From Elusimicrobiota bacterium (lineage in GTDB: Bacteria; Elusimicrobiota; Elusimicrobia; Elusimicrobiales; UBA9959), in NCBI GenBank assembly GCA_027340875.1, contig DAIENX010000038.1, forward strand, positions 1 through 64,000: 64,000 nt of DNA. Reading direction: 5' to 3'. The position numbers were made by a program, and so were the translations under genes. The notes under the pieces are model-generated. The model was given only the letters and a program-made list of their open reading frames with translations, did not search any database and was not told the DNA's origin. Positions 31,339 through 41,135 of this stretch are shown piece after piece. The stretch's first letter is position 1. Each line of letters begins with the position of its first letter.

Positions 31339-31523
31339 ATCCGCAGGGGTAGAGTATAGATACCACGACTTTTCCAGGACAACTCCTCCGGGACCGCCAG
31401 GTCCCGGGAACGACCATCGTCCCGCGAAAAGCCGATTCGCCCAGCCAAAGCCGCGCGCCGCGCGGCCGCGGCAAGGGGCCGGCCGGGTCCAACGGACCGG
31501 GCCCAACAGCGGAGGGAAGCGAA

Positions 31524-31856
31524 ATGCTTAAGTTAGCCGTGAAAAACAACGCAAAGAACGCCAGGACCAAGAGGACCAAGATCGACAATACCGCCGAGTA
31601 CGTGGTGGTCGACTATCCGAAGAACCTGGAGACCATAACCGCCCGCCATTACGCGGCGCGCGTCGGCGCCAGCGAGTGCACGGGCGTCGACATTTCCGTC
31701 GACGACCAGCCCTGGCAGCCCTGCAGGTACGCCGTGGGCTACTGGTGGTACGACTGGCAGGACTATCAGCCGGGCACGCACCAGATCGTGGCCCGCATGC
31801 ACAAGCACAACGGCGAGTACCTGATCTCCAAGCGCCGCCGCTGCAAGATAGCCTAA
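31524..31856 (+). CDS. small hypothetical protein (Ig-like beta fold possible)
   Basis: GGAGGG RBS; host codon use; WQPCR...GYWWYDW. Confidence 0.7.
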   Translation: MLKLAVKNNAKNARTKRTKIDNTAEYVVVDYPKNLETITARHYAARVGASECTGVDISVDDQPWQPCRYAVGYWWYDWQDYQPGTHQIVARMHKHNGEYLISKRRRCKIA

Positions 31857-31961
31857 TCCGCGGCTGCCGCGGATACCGGCCGTCTTCAGGAGCCCCTCGC
31901 GGGGCCCCATGAAGGCGGCCGTTTTCTTTGCAGCCGGGCCGACACTTGATAGAATGTTTTT

Positions 31962-32984
31962 ATGACCAAGATACCGCGGGCACCAAAGACGAAGATACTG
32001 GCCACGCTGGGCCCGGCCAGCTCCACCATGGCCGTCCTGCGCCGCCTGTTCGCCGCGGGGCTCGACGCGGTGAGGCTGAACTTCTCGCACGGCGAACATT
32101 CCGACCACGCCGCCAGGGTGGCGCTGGTCAGGGAACTCAACGCCAGGCTGCGCAGGCGCGTAACGGTACTGCAGGACCTCAAGGGCAACCGCATCCGCGT
32201 CGGCGAGCTTAAGACGCCGCTGACGCTCTCAAAAAGGCAGCGCGTCAGGCTGGTGCAGGCGGCCGGCAAGGCCGGCGAGATACCTTTCGACTACCGGGGC
32301 TCCCTGTCCGTCATAAAAAAAGGGCACTTCGTCTATATCGACGACGGCAACATCGCGCTCGAAGTAAAGTCCGTGGGCCGGGACTCCCTGTCCTGCGAGG
32401 TCGCGGCGGGGGGGCTGCTGAAGTCCAGGAAAGGGGTCAACATCCCGCTGGCCCACCTGGACTTCCCGCTGCTGTCCGACGAAGACAGGGCGGACATTGA
32501 GTTCGGCCTCACGCTCAAGCCGGATTTTGTCGCCCAGTCCTTCGTGCGCTCGGCCGAGGACGTACGGGCCGTGGCCCGCCTGGTTAAGCCCGCCCTGCCC
32601 GGCTGCCGGATAGTGGCCAAGATAGAGGCCCGCGAGGCGATGCGCCGCCTGGAGGAGATCATCGACGCCTCGGACGCCGTCATGGTGGCCAGGGGGGACC
32701 TCGGCGTGATGTTCCCGATCTGGGAGGTGCCGATGCTGCAGAAGCGCATAATAAGGATGTGCCGCCGCCTCGGCAAGCCGGTCATAACCGCCACGCAGAT
32801 GCTCGAGAGCATGACCGAGCACGCCATGCCGACCAGGGCAGAAGTCTCCGACGTGGCCAACGCCGTGCTGGACGGCACGGACTACGTGATGCTCTCCGCC
32901 GAGACCGCCGCCGGCAAGTACCCCGCCGAGGCGGTGCGCATGATGAACCAGGTGGTGAAGTACACCGAAGGATGCCGCCTGTAG
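31962..32984 (+). CDS. pyk: pyruvate kinase, short form lacking the C-terminal regulatory domain
   Basis: [47 protein letters not shown]; ends at aa 340. Confidence 0.92.
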   Translation: MTKIPRAPKTKILATLGPASSTMAVLRRLFAAGLDAVRLNFSHGEHSDHAARVALVRELNARLRRRVTVLQDLKGNRIRVGELKTPLTLSKRQRVRLVQAAGKAGEIPFDYRGSLSVIKKGHFVYIDDGNIALEVKSVGRDSLSCEVAAGGLLKSRKGVNIPLAHLDFPLLSDEDRADIEFGLTLKPDFVAQSFVRSAEDVRAVARLVKPALPGCRIVAKIEAREAMRRLEEIIDASDAVMVARGDLGVMFPIWEVPMLQKRIIRMCRRLGKPVITATQMLESMTEHAMPTRAEVSDVANAVLDGTDYVMLSAETAAGKYPAEAVRMMNQVVKYTEGCRL

Positions 32985-33021
32985 GGGGACCCGGCTCCCG
33001 GAGCCCCGGGACGCATAACCG

Positions 33022-33062
33022 CGGACCGAAAGGCCCAGGCTTTGCCTGGGCCTTTCGCCTCT
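33022..33062 (+). promoter_or_regulatory. tandem palindromic operator copy upstream of the S41 protease (also a 14-bp perfect hairpin)
   Basis: cggaccgaaaggccca (33022) and tgggcctttcgcctct (33047). Confidence 0.55.
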
Positions 33063-33232
33063 GCCGCGGGGTATGACTTCATTCCTATAATAGATTTGAT
33101 GCCGGTCAACGCTCCGCCCGGGCGGAAAAGCCGCGCGGGCCACTGCCCGAAAGCACCCTGTTCAAGGCAAGGACAAAGTCTGGAGCGCGGCATATATCTC
33201 GGCGGGGCTGCGGCCCCGGATCGGAGGACAAC

Positions 33233-35029
33233 GTGAAGAACGACGCCAAACTGCTAGCAGTCATTCTGATCCTTTCCCTCGCGGGCGGCCTTTCCGCCGC
33301 CGCCGTGGACGAGCTCCAAACCCTGGCCACTTCTGCCCCGCAGGACTACGGCAGGGTCTTCGACAAGGACCTGGCCTCGGCCACCACGGGAGCCCAGCCG
33401 CAGCTGACCGAAGCCCAGTTGAAGCAGATGATGCTCTCCGACCTGGACTCGATACGCTCCATGATAGCCGCGCGCTACGCGCCGGCCGGCTGGAAGAAGG
33501 AGCAGTACGGCTGGGACCTGGACGCGGAGATCCGGAAGGCCAAGGACGAGGTGAACTCGTCGGAGCGCTTCGGCGTCAAGGACTACCAGAACCTGGTGAA
33601 GCGCCTGCTGAATTCCATGAAGGACTACCACGTCTCGGTCTCCTTCTATTCCACCGAGATGGCCTACCTGCCCCTCACCCTCACCGAGGCCGGCGGCCGC
33701 TACTTCATCTCCGGCATCAACCGCAAGGCCCTGCCGGAGGACGTCTTCCCTTTCAAGGTCGGCGACGAGATTACCGCTTTCGACGGCAAGCCCGTGGCGG
33801 AGGCCGTGGCCGAGCTTAAGAGGAAGTCGGGCGTGGACGACGTGCAGCAGACCGACGCCGCGATGGCGGCCATGTTCCTCACCTTCCGCGCCGGCGCCAC
33901 CGGCGACGCCGTGCCGCAGGGACCGGTCTCGATGGATATAAAGCCAGCCGGAGCCTCCGAGCCGGTGACCTACCCGATGAAATGGATGTACGTCCCGGAG
34001 ATGATAGCTCCGCAGCCTTACGTGAGCAAGGGCGCCGCCGGGCTCAGGATACCGATGTCCTGGCTGGGCATGATGATGGTGCAGGTGTCCGCGGCCCCCG
34101 GTTACGACCAGGCCTCCTACGGCCTGGGAAACAAGGACGGCTTCCTGCCGGACTTCGGCGAGAAGACCTGGACCGTCCCGGCCGACAATTCCTTCCGCGC
34201 CTACGTCTACAAGTCGCCCTCCACCGGCAGGAGCATAGGCTTCGTGCGCATTCCCACCTACGCCGTGGAGGACCCCGAGAAGTCGGCCAAGGACTTCGCC
34301 GCGCTGGTGCCCGAGCTGGAGAGCCGCACCGACGCGCTGGTCATAGACGAGACCAATAACCCGGGCGGCATAGTCTTCTATCTCTATGCGCTGGCGGGCA
34401 TGCTGACCGACAGGCCGCTGACCGTCCCGTCCCACTACATCTCGCTGACACAGTCCGACGTCTCCGAAGCCATCAAGTTCCTGCAGCAGACCGCCGCCGC
34501 CAAGACCGAGGCGGACGCGCTGGACCTGCTCGGGCCGGACATGGCCGGCTACCCGGTAAGCCTGGAGCTGCTCAACAACTGGAAGGCCTTCTACGCCTCC
34601 ACGATAAAGCAGTGGAGCGAGGGCAAGACCATCACCAGCCCGCTGCCTGTCTACGGCATAGCCGCGGTGCGGCCGGACCCCAAGGTCCGCTATACCAAGC
34701 CGCTGCTGGTGCTGACCAACCAGATGGACTTCTCCGGCGGGGACTTCTTCCCGGCCATCATGCAGGACAACAGGCGCGCGGTCATCTTCGGCGAGCGCAC
34801 CGCGGGCGCGGGCGGCGTGGTGAAGGAGTACAAGCGCGAGAACAACCTCCTCGGCGTGGAATCCATCCACCTGACCGCCACCATAGCGCAGCGCGCCGGC
34901 GGCGAGCCGATAGAGAACCTGGGCGTCTCCCCGGACGTCACGTACCAGGTAACGCCGGCGGACGTGCAGGGGAATTACTCCGACTATATCAAGGCCGCCG
35001 ACGCGGCCGTGAACGCGCTGGTCAGATAA
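33233..35029 (+). CDS. secreted S41 family peptidase, CPAF-like
   Basis: Signal peptide; YAPxxWK, DYHV, NNPGG, DFSGGDFFPAIMQDN...TAGAGG. Confidence 0.88.
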   Translation: MKNDAKLLAVILILSLAGGLSAAAVDELQTLATSAPQDYGRVFDKDLASATTGAQPQLTEAQLKQMMLSDLDSIRSMIAARYAPAGWKKEQYGWDLDAEIRKAKDEVNSSERFGVKDYQNLVKRLLNSMKDYHVSVSFYSTEMAYLPLTLTEAGGRYFISGINRKALPEDVFPFKVGDEITAFDGKPVAEAVAELKRKSGVDDVQQTDAAMAAMFLTFRAGATGDAVPQGPVSMDIKPAGASEPVTYPMKWMYVPEMIAPQPYVSKGAAGLRIPMSWLGMMMVQVSAAPGYDQASYGLGNKDGFLPDFGEKTWTVPADNSFRAYVYKSPSTGRSIGFVRIPTYAVEDPEKSAKDFAALVPELESRTDALVIDETNNPGGIVFYLYALAGMLTDRPLTVPSHYISLTQSDVSEAIKFLQQTAAAKTEADALDLLGPDMAGYPVSLELLNNWKAFYASTIKQWSEGKTITSPLPVYGIAAVRPDPKVRYTKPLLVLTNQMDFSGGDFFPAIMQDNRRAVIFGERTAGAGGVVKEYKRENNLLGVESIHLTATIAQRAGGEPIENLGVSPDVTYQVTPADVQGNYSDYIKAADAAVNALVR

Positions 35030-35051
35030 ACGCTTCCGCGACCGCAGCCGG

Positions 35052-35084
35052 AAGGCCCCCGCGACCGCGGGGGCCTTTCTTTTT
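35052..35084 (+). terminator. Rho-independent terminator
   Basis: aaggcccccgcg-ac-cgcgggggcctt followed by tcttttt. Confidence 0.82.
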
Positions 35085-35113
35085 GAAGCGTCGTACCGCG
35101 TTTCCATGCCGCG

Positions 35114-35176
35114 TAGGCCGGCAGTCCCAACTCCCCATGGGCCACAAATCCGACCGTCACTGGGCCTTTCGCATCT
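35114..35176 (+). promoter_or_regulatory. three tandem copies of the palindromic operator
   Basis: taggccggcagtccca (35114), tgggccacaaatccga (35138), tgggcctttcgcatct (35161). Confidence 0.55.
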
Positions 35177-35251
35177 GCCCGGGAGGGCCGCGCGTTGCTA
35201 TCATCTATGCAAGAGAACAGCAAAGCCCAAGATGCGCGAAGGTATCGTCCA

Positions 35252-36214
35252 ATGAAAAAATATATCCTTATCCTCGCCGCGGCCATCATGCCGCACGCCG
35301 CCTCCGCCGGAAGCGCCGTTCCCGCTCCCGCGCTCAACGATCTGCAAAAAGAAGCTCTCGCGAGGTCCGTGACCGTTCCGGACGGCGTCGAAGCGCCCGC
35401 CGCGCAGGCGCTCGTGGAACCCGTAGCCCTGTCCGCTCCGGTCCGATGGGAGATAGTACCTCTGGACCGTAACAGGGACCTCCCCTCGGCCTCGCCGGCC
35501 GGCTCAAAAGAAGAATTCTGCGGGAAGACCGCGGACCCCGATTATTTCCGCGGCCTTATCATGGACCCCGCCAACAGGATCAGCTTCAGGAACGCGGGCG
35601 GCCTGATCAACGGCGGAGTGTGCTGGTGGCACTCGTTCCTGGAGCAGAGGCAGATCTATCTGACGGTTTACAGGCCTGAACTCCCCAAACCGACCAAAGA
35701 GCAGGTGACGGGGATCCTCGACAGCTATCTCCGGGGGAACGCGGTAGTGGAAATGCCCGGCTACGGGAACTTCTATGATTTTTCCCTGGAATGGCATGAA
35801 CTCATCCAGCAGATGCTGAACAGGTGGCAGATCACGGACGGCCTCACGGGCTCATGGCTAAACGGCCTCGCCGGCAGCTCCAAAGTATCCTCAGAGGAAC
35901 TGCGGGACAGGATGGACGCCCTTTTCAAGGAAGTCGACGGCCGCAAGAGGATAGTCTGGCAGAAACTCCAGTTCCCGGGCATTACCGCCCACGCCTGGCT
36001 GGTGGCGGACATGAGCAGAACGGATTACGGGGACTACGGTTACAAATTGACGGTCATCGACAGCAATTACAGCCGCCCGTACACGGTATCCTACTTCTAC
36101 GGCGATACCGCCATCAGCGTGCCCGGATATCCTAATTTCGTCGGTTATACGCAGCATCTGCGGGAGCTGGATAAAATAAGCCGCGCGCAGAAAAAATACT
36201 GCGGTTCCAATTGA
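35252..36214 (+). CDS. secreted hypothetical protein (possible Cys-His peptidase-like fold)
   Basis: Signal peptide MKKYILILAAAIM; GGVCWWHS...AHAW...IDSN. Confidence 0.75.
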   Translation: MKKYILILAAAIMPHAASAGSAVPAPALNDLQKEALARSVTVPDGVEAPAAQALVEPVALSAPVRWEIVPLDRNRDLPSASPAGSKEEFCGKTADPDYFRGLIMDPANRISFRNAGGLINGGVCWWHSFLEQRQIYLTVYRPELPKPTKEQVTGILDSYLRGNAVVEMPGYGNFYDFSLEWHELIQQMLNRWQITDGLTGSWLNGLAGSSKVSSEELRDRMDALFKEVDGRKRIVWQKLQFPGITAHAWLVADMSRTDYGDYGYKLTVIDSNYSRPYTVSYFYGDTAISVPGYPNFVGYTQHLRELDKISRAQKKYCGSN

Positions 36215-36247
36215 ATACCGCCGCCCACCAAGGGCGGCAGCCGCCAT

Positions 36248-36287
36248 TAGGCCTTTGGTCCCATACGGACCAGGGACGGACAGCCCT
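36248..36287 (+). promoter_or_regulatory. tandem palindromic operator copy upstream of the serine protease
   Basis: taggcctttggtccca (36248) and agggacggacagccct (36272). Confidence 0.5.
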
Positions 36288-36321
36288 TCCGCAACGCCTT
36301 TTGGCGGATTATATTATAGAT

Positions 36322-37551
36322 ATGAGAACCTCAAAATTTGCCGCCCTCGCCCTCCTCGGCTCCGCGCTCCTGACCGGGAACGCCGTCTTCGCAGGCGGCT
36401 CCGCGTACAGGCAGCTTGCGGGCGCGGAAACCTCCTCCCCGGCGGTGCCCGCTCCGTCCCTTTCGGCGGCCAAAAGCATTTACGGCGCGAACTCGATGCA
36501 CGAGTACTACCAGGTGCCGGAAAACCTGAAAAAGATGGCGGACTCCACCGTCGCCTTCGTCAGGAAGGACAGCCTGTATTTCGATCCCGTAAAGAAAGCT
36601 TTCAGGATAAAGGACCTGGTAAAGCTGTCCGATTCGGGCAACCTCGATGAGAACGAGGATTTCGCTTCGCAGAACAAGCTCGCCAACTGTTCCGGCGCGT
36701 ATGTCGGTAAAGGCCTGGTCATGACCGCCGGACACTGTGTTTCTGAAGACCAGAAAAGCAGCGACTATTTCAATAACTTCTTCATGGTCTTCGGGTGGAA
36801 ATACGAAAAAGAAGGAACTCCCGTAATGGATTTCCCCGTTGACGCGGTATACGCGATAAAGAAGATAGAGACGCGCGCATACGAAGGTTATAGCGAGGAC
36901 AACAAGCGGGATTTCGCTCTTGTCTCGATGGACAGGGAGCCCGCCGGCCGCCAGCCCCTCGCGCTTGAGAACGACCAGCAGCCCAGGGTAGGCCAGAAGG
37001 TCTTCACGATAGGATATCCGCTGGGCCTGGCTGTGAAGATAGACGACCCGGACCAGGCCCAGGTCTATACCCTGTCAAAGAACGTCTTCCAGACGAACCT
37101 GGACGTCTTCGGAGGCAGTTCCGGAGGCCCCGTTTTCGATTCCGCCACCGGCAGGATAATCGGGATAGCCATAACCGCCGTGGGCACGGAATACTCCTAC
37201 GAACTGAAGCAGGAGTTCAGCTTCATAGCCGAGTTCTCGGGGCCGGATACCAGCATAGCCACGAACTCGGAACTGGGCACGGCGGTCTTCGGCGCCGGAG
37301 AAACCTCCAATGTCCTGACCACGATGCGCGGTTACGGAGCTTCCATCTCCATACTCGACGGGGGGAAATACCTGGTCACGCTCCCCGGAGGCGCCAAATT
37401 CCAGAACAGGGAGTATGCGTTCTGGGTGGTCACCCATATCGGGGGGAAAGGCGTCTTCAGCAAGGGCAGACTTATGCGGGACAAGCAGGAGAGCTTCGGC
37501 ACCGGCGTGATGAGACTGCCGGAGGAGATCAAAAAGATAGTGCAGCCCTGA
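36322..37551 (+). CDS. secreted trypsin-like serine protease
   Basis: Signal peptide; MTAGHC, RDFAL, GGSSGGP catalytic triad. Confidence 0.88.
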   Translation: MRTSKFAALALLGSALLTGNAVFAGGSAYRQLAGAETSSPAVPAPSLSAAKSIYGANSMHEYYQVPENLKKMADSTVAFVRKDSLYFDPVKKAFRIKDLVKLSDSGNLDENEDFASQNKLANCSGAYVGKGLVMTAGHCVSEDQKSSDYFNNFFMVFGWKYEKEGTPVMDFPVDAVYAIKKIETRAYEGYSEDNKRDFALVSMDREPAGRQPLALENDQQPRVGQKVFTIGYPLGLAVKIDDPDQAQVYTLSKNVFQTNLDVFGGSSGGPVFDSATGRIIGIAITAVGTEYSYELKQEFSFIAEFSGPDTSIATNSELGTAVFGAGETSNVLTTMRGYGASISILDGGKYLVTLPGGAKFQNREYAFWVVTHIGGKGVFSKGRLMRDKQESFGTGVMRLPEEIKKIVQP

Positions 37552-37569
37552 CATAAGGCGTCGGGAGAG

Positions 37570-37602
37570 AAAGAGACGGGCGAGATGTCCCGTCTCTTTT
37601 TT
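37570..37602 (+). terminator. Rho-independent terminator
   Basis: aaagagacggg-N8-cccgtctctttttt. Confidence 0.78.
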
Positions 37603-37702
37603 ACTTCCCGCGGAGCATAGGCGGGCTTTTATGTAATGTTCTGTGCGCCCTCGTAGAGATGGAAAAACAGCAAAGAAAAATGAACCGGAGATTGCAACTA
37701 AG

Positions 37703-38056
37703 ATGAACCATAAAAAAATCGCGTTTCAAACAGTTGACTGGGCATCGATCCCGCGAACTGAACATAAAGGGGATACAGGCATGGCTCATTGGCAAACGCT
37801 TCAGTTTCCCGGTCTGCGTGTCAGGATAGTTGAATATTCAAAGGGCTATCTGGCCGACCATTGGTGCCAAAAAGGCCATATTGTGCATTGCCTGGAGGGC
37901 GAGTTCGTGAACGAGCAGCAAGGCGGGGAAAAATCCGTTTTAAAAAAGGGAATGACCTACATCGTATCGGATGACGCCAGCTCTCACCGCTCCCGGACTG
38001 AAAACGGAGTAAAACTCCTGATCATTGACGGAGATTTTTTACGGCCGCAAGGATAA
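37703..38056 (+). CDS. DHCW-motif cupin fold protein
   Basis: GYLADHWCQKGHIVHCLEGE...SSHRS...LLIIDG. Confidence 0.85.
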   Translation: MNHKKIAFQTVDWASIPRTEHKGDTGMAHWQTLQFPGLRVRIVEYSKGYLADHWCQKGHIVHCLEGEFVNEQQGGEKSVLKKGMTYIVSDDASSHRSRTENGVKLLIIDGDFLRPQG

Positions 38057-38112
38057 TGCCTTCGGCGGCAGGCGATTTTATAGATTATCGGCCGGACTTT
38101 TGGAGCGGCGGA

Positions 38113-38964
38113 CTAAAGATCGAAAAGGCGGATCACCCGGCCGACCACATAAAAGAGGGCGGAATTGGCGGTTCTTTGCGAGACGGCGAAAGTCTGCGCG
38201 GAAGACAGGTTCGTGTCCATCACCGGGAAAGAATTCCTTAAAACCGCTGGGGCCGCGCGCACTACGCTCCTCCCGCCATATTCCACGGAACCGGCCGCGA
38301 CAAGCTTCTCCAGATAACCGCGCAGTACGCCTCGCAGTTCGGGCGCATTGTCGTCCAAACTGGGATATTCCATCATCTTGCCGGCCACCTTGGACTTGTA
38401 AAAACCCTTTTTTACTTCTTTCAGCAGTTTAACCCCGGCGAACTTCTCTAGGACTTCCTGTGCGACCGGCCTTTTTATCTCGAGTGCGAGGGCAAGCTGC
38501 TCCGCGGACCAGAGCCCGGTGTCGTTATTCAGCACCAGCGAACATTTATAGGTCTCGAAACTGGCCAGCATAGCGCGCATCTGGTCCGGGTTTAAATAGT
38601 ATTTGTTCGCCGCCAGGCTGCGCTCCAGGGCGTTGTGCACCGGGGAAAATCCGGCCGCCCCCGGCCCTGCGGAAACGAACGGCGCCAGTACATCCTGAAA
38701 GAATTCCCCGCCGCCCAAAGTTTTCAGCCAGGCGACGGCGAGCTCGTTGGCGGAGCCGGTTTTAGAGCGCAAGCGCAGCGCCACGAGCAAATTCCGCAGC
38801 CGGCCGGCTATCGGCAGGATCCTCCCCTGCTCCATCAGCAGATAATTGCGGTAAGACATCCCCAGCATGGCTTTGCCGCCGTTGTCGTGATAGAAACGGT
38901 AGGCCGTGGGGAAGCCCGCCTCCTCGCGCAGCCGGGTCAGCATGTCAGAAAACGGCGTTCCCAT
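38113..38964 (-). CDS. putative DNA-binding protein (N-terminal XRE-like HTH plus winged helix), paralog 1
   Basis: FSDMLTRLREEAGF...YLLMEQG; SAEQLALALEIKRPVAQEVLEKF wHTH; AAGGA RBS. Confidence 0.75.
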   Translation of the reverse strand: MGTPFSDMLTRLREEAGFPTAYRFYHDNGGKAMLGMSYRNYLLMEQGRILPIAGRLRNLLVALRLRSKTGSANELAVAWLKTLGGGEFFQDVLAPFVSAGPGAAGFSPVHNALERSLAANKYYLNPDQMRAMLASFETYKCSLVLNNDTGLWSAEQLALALEIKRPVAQEVLEKFAGVKLLKEVKKGFYKSKVAGKMMEYPSLDDNAPELRGVLRGYLEKLVAAGSVEYGGRSVVRAAPAVLRNSFPVMDTNLSSAQTFAVSQRTANSALFYVVGRVIRLFDL

Positions 38965-39009
38965 ATGCAGGTCCTTCCTTTAATTTCGACCGCGGCCCCT
39001 TGAACCGGG

Positions 39010-39834
39010 CTAAAAATCCAACAGCCGTAACACTTCGCCTGTCACCGAAAAGACGGCCGATCTTTCGGTCTTATCCGCCACGGCGCAACCGCGCGCGGAC
39101 GAGAGATTTGCCTCCAGGAACGGGTAAAAATCTCGCAGTTTTTCCGCGTCCGCGCGGATAATGCCGCTGCGCAGATATATGCAACTCCCGGAAGTCTCCA
39201 GTTTTGCCGCATATCCGTCCAGCTTTTCCTTCAGCGGGTGGCCGGCGGGCATCCAGGGATACTCCAGGGTCTTGCCGGAGAGCAGAGAGCGGTAAAGGCC
39301 TTTCCCGGCCCCTCTTGCCAGCTTGGCCTTTACGAGCAGCTTCAACGCTCTTTCCGCTGCCGGCTTCTTTATTTTCAACGCGACGGCAAGGCCGGCCGCA
39401 GACCAGGCCCCGGCGTCGCTATTCAGGATCAGGGCGCACTTGTAAGTATCGAAACCGGACAGCATAATGCGCAACTGCCCGGTGGTCAGGCAGTATTTCC
39501 CCTGGCAGGTGGACACCTGGGTCGGCGTCCTACTTCGGGCGGATAGAACCGGGGCCAGGACATGCGCATAAGCGTCCTCGCCGGCCATGGTCTTAAGCCA
39601 GGCGGTTATGAGTTCATATGCCTGCGGGCCTTTGGCATCCAGCCGAAGCGCCGCGATAAGTTTCTGAAGCCGTTCGGGGACCGGCAATATCCCGCCCTGT
39701 TCCATGCGCAGGTATTTGCCGTACGTCATCGTCAGCACCGGTCCGCCGCCGCTGTCGTGGTAAAACCTGTAGGCGGTCCGGAATCCGGCCCCGGTCCGGA
39801 ATTTCTTCAGCGCTTCCGAAAATATAGTTCCCAT
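39010..39834 (-). CDS. putative DNA-binding protein, paralog 2
   Basis: Aligns end to end with 38113-38964 (AGFxTAYRFYHDxGG, MEQGxILP, AWLKT, FxTYKC). Confidence 0.75.
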   Translation of the reverse strand: MGTIFSEALKKFRTGAGFRTAYRFYHDSGGGPVLTMTYGKYLRMEQGGILPVPERLQKLIAALRLDAKGPQAYELITAWLKTMAGEDAYAHVLAPVLSARSRTPTQVSTCQGKYCLTTGQLRIMLSGFDTYKCALILNSDAGAWSAAGLAVALKIKKPAAERALKLLVKAKLARGAGKGLYRSLLSGKTLEYPWMPAGHPLKEKLDGYAAKLETSGSCIYLRSGIIRADAEKLRDFYPFLEANLSSARGCAVADKTERSAVFSVTGEVLRLLDF

Positions 39835-40041
39835 AAACGCACCGTCTTTGGACGCAGAACTTGTCCGGCCCCGGCAGAGCCGCGGGAAGAACGCCTTGGC
39901 GGCGTGGCATCCCGGCCAGGGCGGTCCTTCCCCAACTATTTTACAATGATTCCAACATCTTCTATAACTGTCGCAGAAACTATTTGCCTTCGCAGTACAG
40001 TTTGCACATCCTGCGAAAGCCGGGGAACTGAAGTTTTCAGG

Positions 40042-40605
40042 CTAGTCGGCCGAAACCGTAAGCGTAAGGGAGACAAAGCTCTTGTCCGCCGCCCCGGCCG
40101 CATGCTCGAGGAAACTGTAGCGCTCCTCCACGAACACGGCGCTGGCCGGAACGCTGAACCGCACTGCGGAGCCGGCCACGGAACCCACGGGGATCCCCTT
40201 TACGGAAAGGTCCACGTTGCCGTCCTGATCCTTATCCACAAAGACGTCCAGCAGCATGGCCTGGCCGGTCCCGCGCCGCAGACTGCCGAAGCAGGGATTA
40301 TAAAGCCCGGCGCAGTTCACGCCCTTAACCCGGCCTCCCACCTTAAGGATGGAGACCTCTTCGTGCACAGCCTTGCCTGCGGCGGTACCAGACACCACCA
40401 GCTTGTCCGAAGGCAGCGAGTAGACCGCGTCCGCCAGAGGGATCAGTTTTTGCGAACCTTTGCCATACACGACCACGGGCGACGGCACGGCAGCCATGGG
40501 GATATTGGCTTCGGCCATGGAAGCCTGCAGTGATTCAATAGCCGGAGCCGCATAAGCTCCGCCTCCCGACCACAGCATTACCGCCGCTACCAGAATTCTC
40601 TTCAT
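40042..40605 (-). CDS. secreted hypothetical protein
   Basis: Signal peptide MKRILVAAVMLWSGGGAYA; AAGGAG RBS. Confidence 0.75.
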   Translation of the reverse strand: MKRILVAAVMLWSGGGAYAAPAIESLQASMAEANIPMAAVPSPVVVYGKGSQKLIPLADAVYSLPSDKLVVSGTAAGKAVHEEVSILKVGGRVKGVNCAGLYNPCFGSLRRGTGQAMLLDVFVDKDQDGNVDLSVKGIPVGSVAGSAVRFSVPASAVFVEERYSFLEHAAGAADKSFVSLTLTVSAD

Positions 40606-40949
40606 AGTTTTTCTCCTTAGTCTCCGTTATTCGCCGGTTTCCCCGGCCGCATATATAGGATACCCCGCCGCGCCGATATTCGCATGAGGCGGCGGACCCA
40701 GCGGGGTGGCGTATTTATGCTTACCGCTTTTGCCCGTCCGGCTTATAGCGGCGGACGGCGGCATATGGCGTTTTTGGTGATATGGAAGGGAACTATTCCA
40801 TGGGGAATTGGCATGGGGAATCTGGGTCACCCATTTAAGTGGCACCAGTCAAGGATAAAAATATTTCCGGCAGGAATCTTCAGATCCCCGCTGTGTTTTT
40901 TCCTCCGTTATCCAAATCTCCGCCATTGCCGATGTTTCTCGTTCAGGCC

Positions 40950-41135
40950 TCAGTCTCTGCTGTGCCAGTCACCCATCCGGATCAAAACTTGGCAGCTAAC
41001 ATCGCTATTACGCCCCTTCCCCGCAGCGTGGTCAGCAAAGATCGGGATAACGCCTAAATCAGGGCGGGACGGTTTTCCAATCAGGTCTAGTGGTTCTGCC
41101 ACCCATTTCTCCCGGGTTCGCCGTCCCGCCGAATC
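40950..41135 (-). ncRNA. putative IS1111 bridge RNA / seekRNA
   Basis: Non-coding region downstream of tnp; 10-bp stem 41063-72/41121-30 encloses target-matching AGACCTGA; a second loop holds donor-matching ATGGGTGA; ends are approximate. Confidence 0.65.
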
